From: Burkholderiales bacterium
GTDB taxonomy: Bacteria > Pseudomonadota > Gammaproteobacteria > Burkholderiales > JACQAP01
Length of the DNA stretch: 64,000 nt
Reading direction: 5' to 3'
Assembly (NCBI GenBank): GCA_046155535.1
Contig: JBJXFN010000131.1
Coordinates: 6,699 to 70,698, forward strand
Shown here: positions 61,003 to 64,000 of the stretch, one piece after another
Position numbering within the stretch: the stretch's first letter is position 1
How the letters are laid out: each line of letters begins with the position of its first letter
Made by a program: the position numbers and the translations under genes
The notes under the pieces: generated by a model
What the model saw: only the letters and a program-made list of their open reading frames with translations
Told to the model about the DNA's origin: nothing
Databases searched by the model: none

Positions 61003-61725
61003 TCAGCGTCGCGCGAATACGAGGTCCCAGACCCGGTGCCCGAGTTTCAGGCCGCGCTGTTCGAATTTGGTAAGCGGCCGGTGCGCGGGGCGCGGTGCAA
61101 AGCCCACGACCGTGTTGCGCAGCGATGTTTCGGCGGACAGAACATCGAGGATCTGCAGCGCGTAATCTTCCCAATCGGTGGCCACGTGAAAGTAACCGTT
61201 TGCCGTCAGGCGGCAGGCGGCGAGCTGCACAAACGCGGGTTGCAGCAAGCGGCGTTTCTGGTGGCGGAGCTTGGGCCATGGATCCGGGAAAAAAACATGG
61301 ATGCCGGCGAGACTGTTTTCCGGAATCATGCTGGTGAGCACGTCCACGGCGTCGTGCCGGACCACGCGGACATTGCGCAATTGCCGGGCCTCGATCAGAC
61401 GCAGCAGGCCTCCCACGCCAGGGCCATGTACTTCGATGCCCAGATAATCCGTCTCTGGTTGGGCGGCGGCAATGGCTGCCGTGGATTCCCCCATTCCAAA
61501 ACCGATCTCCAGAACCCGGGGTGCATCGCGCCCAAACAGCCGATGCCAGTCAATGGCTGTGGTCGAAAAATCAACGCCGAAGCGCGGCCAGAACACCTCC
61601 AGCGCGCGATTCTGGGCGGACGACATGCGGCCCTGGCGCAACACGTAACTGCGGATCGTTCTGGAGGCTGGGTGCACGGGGTGCGAATCATAACCCTCCG
61701 GCCTTGTGCACGCCACTGAGGCCAA
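61003..61725 (-). CDS. trmB: tRNA (guanine46-N7)-methyltransferase
   Basis: [10 protein letters not shown]...[26 protein letters not shown] motifs. The start is uncertain (TTG 61725 or an internal GTG). Confidence 0.9.
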   Translation of the reverse strand: MASVACTRPEGYDSHPVHPASRTIRSYVLRQGRMSSAQNRALEVFWPRFGVDFSTTAIDWHRLFGRDAPRVLEIGFGMGESTAAIAAAQPETDYLGIEVHGPGVGGLLRLIEARQLRNVRVVRHDAVDVLTSMIPENSLAGIHVFFPDPWPKLRHQKRRLLQPAFVQLAACRLTANGYFHVATDWEDYALQILDVLSAETSLRNTVVGFAPRPAHRPLTKFEQRGLKLGHRVWDLVFARR

Positions 61726-61746
61726 GGCGAAATTGCGGAACTGTGT

Positions 61747-64000
61747 TCAGCGTGCCAAGGCGTGCCCTTCGTGCGTCGGGAGCGCCGGACGCTCCAGCAG
61801 CCCCGGACCTTCCGGGCGGATTCTCAGGCTCAGCGTTGGCAGGTCGAGCGAAGACAGCGGGGGCCAGACGATGGCGGCAGGCCCCGGTAATGCGGTGGTC
61901 ACCGTGAGTTGCCGGGTCGTTTCCGTGCGGCGTGCCTCGGCGGTTCCAAACAGCAGATGGTCACCGGCAAAGTTCCAGATGGCCACGACTGCCAAGGTCA
62001 CCGTGGTCGCGGCCGCTAGCACACGGGGGACACGCTGGCGCGATCGCCGTGACGTGCCGAATGTCCGATCTCCAGTGCGTTTCCAAGTCGCCCAGCGCGG
62101 CGGGCTGATTGCGGCATCCGTGCTGCTGGAAGGGCGTCCTTCCTCCCCTGTCCCGGATTCCAGGGTGTCCATGGCCGCCGATTCCGAGGCAATCTGGCCG
62201 GCGATTCGGGTGCTGGTCGTTTGAATCGAGTGCAAGACGGCGTCATCGGAAAAATCAATGATGCCGAGTTGGACGGTGGAAGTCACGTCCTCTTCACCGG
62301 CTTCCAGCTCGACAGGGGGCGATAGTGTGGACGGCGTTTGCGCCGAATCGGCGCGCAGTCGTACGATCTCTTGTTCGTTGGCGCGCGCGCGCTCCAGGGC
62401 GGCGTTGATGCGCATGCGCTTTGCGGTGAGTTTGCGGCGGGCCGCCGCCACCGCCGCGGCGAATGCCTGTGTGCGTTCCGTTTCCGCAGCAATCAGTTCT
62501 TCGGCTGCGGCCTTTGCTTCCTGTTCTGCCCGCAGTTGTTCTTGTGCGGCGGCCAGCGATTGTTGCTCGGTCTCCAGGCGCGCCTGTGCCTCGCCGGCCA
62601 GGCGAGATTCGACTTCCAGACGCTCCCGGGCCAACGCGCCAGCGGTTTTTTCGGCGTCTTCGCGCTCTCTCGCCAGTCGAACTGCATCCATGTCGGCTTC
62701 GATGCGGCACGCTTCCGCCGCGGACTGATCCTTTTGCGCCCTTTCGCGTGCGATCGCCGCCGCACGCGCACGGATGGACAACCGCGCACGCTCCTCGGCC
62801 GCCTGTGTGGCCAGAGATTCCGCCTCTGCGGCAGCTTGTGCCTCAGCAAGCGCGCGTTGCTCGGCCTCGAGTTTTACCATGGCCGCGCGCATCGCTTCGT
62901 GTTCGGTGCGGCGTCGCTCTTCCGCGGTATGTGACAGATCCTGCTGCAACTGCAGAAGCCGCGCGCCGGTCGCCTCGGCTTCGGTCTGGGCAGTGAGGGC
63001 CGCTTCACTTTCCTGCGCGAGGCATTGGGCCAGATTGTCCTGGGCCTGCTGTTGCGAGGCATTCTTGCGTTGCAGGGCTTCCTGCAACTTGGCATCCAAC
63101 TGCGCCTGGCGTTCCAGCAGCAAGCGGGCTTCGCGTTCTTCGTTTTCCCGGTCTTCTGCCGCCTCGCGTGCGGCCTTTTCGGCAATCGCCCGGCTGCGGA
63201 TTTCCTGATCGGCCTGTGCTTCGGCCTGCATTTTGGCCCGGGCCTCGGCCTGAACGGACAATTCGGATTCGGCCCGTGTTTCCGCGGCCCGCTTGAGTTC
63301 GGATTCGGCGCGCGCCCTGGCTTCGGCCGCTTCCCGCTGTTTGCGTTCGGCCACGCGGCGCGCCTGAATCTCCCCGAGTGCTTCCTGTTCGGCGCGCTGG
63401 CGTAATTCAATTTCGTGCATGGCTTTCGATTCTTCTTCTGCACGGGCTTTTTCGGTCGCAACCAGTTCGCGTTCGATCCGCAACTGGATTTCCGCCGCGG
63501 CGCGCGCCCGTGTCTCGTGGGCCAGCCTGGCTTGCGCTTCGGCGCCTGCCGACTGCTCGATCTTGATGCGTGCCTCGGATTCCGCGGCTGCGGCGGCCTC
63601 CGCTTCGATGCGCGCCTGCGCCAGCAATTTCAGGCGGGCATCGATGGCGGCACGGGAGTCCGCCAGTTCCCGCGCGCGCACTTCTGCGGCGGCGCGATCA
63701 CGCGCCTCCTGCGCGGCGCGGCCTTCCGCGTCGGCGCGGGCCCGGGCGTGTTCCACCGCCTGGCGCTCGGCATCGGCCCGGGCAATCGCCTGGGCCTCGG
63801 CACGCGTTTCCTCCTGTTCGCGATGTTCGTGCACCACACTCAAGTCATCGAGCTGGCGTCGGAGTTCATCGGACCGGATGCGAGCGCGTTCGCCCAGCGT
63901 CCTGTCTTTGCCGGCCTGGGCCTCGGCCAGACGCGCCGCGTGGGTTTCCGCGGCCTCTCTGCGGCGCGCTTCGTCCAGCGCTACCAGATCGGCGCGTTTG
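61747..64000 (-). CDS. very large Ala/Glu/Arg-rich coiled-coil protein with a C-terminal membrane anchor (5' end outside the window)
   Basis: My manual translation shows the reading frame stays open past the listed TTG at 63843 to the window edge. More than 550 aa are AEAxAR-type low-complexity helix. A basic cluster (RRSRQRVPR) and a TM segment (VLAAATTVTLAVVAIW) follow, then a tail of ~85 aa. Only 21 nt separate it from trmB. Confidence 0.75.
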   Translation of the reverse strand, partial: KRADLVALDEARRREAAETHAARLAEAQAGKDRTLGERARIRSDELRRQLDDLSVVHEHREQEETRAEAQAIARADAERQAVEHARARADAEGRAAQEARDRAAAEVRARELADSRAAIDARLKLLAQARIEAEAAAAAESEARIKIEQSAGAEAQARLAHETRARAAAEIQLRIERELVATEKARAEEESKAMHEIELRQRAEQEALGEIQARRVAERKQREAAEARARAESELKRAAETRAESELSVQAEARAKMQAEAQADQEIRSRAIAEKAAREAAEDRENEEREARLLLERQAQLDAKLQEALQRKNASQQQAQDNLAQCLAQESEAALTAQTEAEATGARLLQLQQDLSHTAEERRRTEHEAMRAAMVKLEAEQRALAEAQAAAEAESLATQAAEERARLSIRARAAAIARERAQKDQSAAEACRIEADMDAVRLAREREDAEKTAGALARERLEVESRLAGEAQARLETEQQSLAAAQEQLRAEQEAKAAAEELIAAETERTQAFAAAVAAARRKLTAKRMRINAALERARANEQEIVRLRADSAQTPSTLSPPVELEAGEEDVTSTVQLGIIDFSDDAVLHSIQTTSTRIAGQIASESAAMDTLESGTGEEGRPSSSTDAAISPPRWATWKRTGDRTFGTSRRSRQRVPRVLAAATTVTLAVVAIWNFAGDHLLFGTAEARRTETTRQLTVTTALPGPAAIVWPPLSSLDLPTLSLRIRPEGPGLLERPALPTHEGHALAR

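Noticed and set aside
58878-61003. Convergent gene ends with almost no spacer and no terminator hairpin (rdgB/murI with a 1-nt gap, hemW/trmB with a 5-nt gap). murI is also inserted between rdgB and hemW.
   Set aside because: Tight convergent packing is common. The murI position is a synteny variation with no functional implication that I can support.
62258-63566. Several overlapping plus-strand ORFs (62258..62728, 62338..62934, 62463..62996, 62774..63208, 63025..63405) inside the coiled-coil gene.
   Set aside because: These are mirror-image artefacts of the repetitive GC-rich Ala/Glu/Arg coding sequence on the minus strand. They contain no motifs, and several mutually overlapping frames cannot all be coding.

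Overview
GC-rich proteobacterial chromosomal core region, about 74 protein genes and 3 tRNAs. The gene order looks betaproteobacterial; this is inferred from synteny, not from any search. All calls rest on reading the supplied ORF translations for family motifs plus manual inspection of the DNA. No BLAST or HMM was run.

Gene content, left to right:
- ExeA/MshM-like ATPase and MshN-like TPR protein
- comF, divergent from bioB-bioF-bioC-bioD
- A complete aa3-type cytochrome c oxidase structural and biogenesis cluster: DUF2244, coxB (with fused cytochrome c), ctaD, a small unlisted ORF, ctaG, DUF2970, coxC, DUF2909, surf1, a Sco-like protein, ctaA, ctaB, sco
- ftsY-ftsE-ftsX-rpoH
- Two M16 peptidases, rsmD, coaD, ferredoxin
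- mutM
- An ABC/ABC-2/GldG-like/DUF4340 operon
- TPR lipoprotein, lolB, ispE, tRNA-Gln, prs, rplY, pth, ychF
- An outer-membrane beta-barrel protein and a DUF853 HerA-like ATPase
- yebC-ruvC-ruvA-(392-nt gap)-ruvB
- ybgC-tolQ-tolR-tolA-tolB-pal-(second pal)-cpoB
- Two tRNA-Lys genes bracketing an orphan ORF
- A small accessory patch: cytochrome c relic, methyltransferase, FAH-family enzyme, membrane protein, Cys-rich exported protein
- yicC-gmk-rpoZ-spoT
- rph-rdgB, murI, hemW, trmB
- A very large Ala/Glu/Arg-rich coiled-coil membrane protein that runs off the right edge

I saw no CRISPR array, rRNA, transposase, integrase, prophage or recognisable defence system.

The most unusual things I can support:
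1. A duplicated Pal lipoprotein with long charged helical spacers, together with an elongated CpoB.
2. The giant tail-anchored coiled-coil protein upstream of trmB.
3. A 38-codon ORF immediately in frame after the ctaD stop codon.
4. A Cys-rich, possibly Tat-exported small protein just downstream of spoT.
5. The accessory patch next to the tRNA-Lys genes, which includes a cytochrome c relic that has lost its heme ligands.

None of these is demonstrably a new system from sequence alone.
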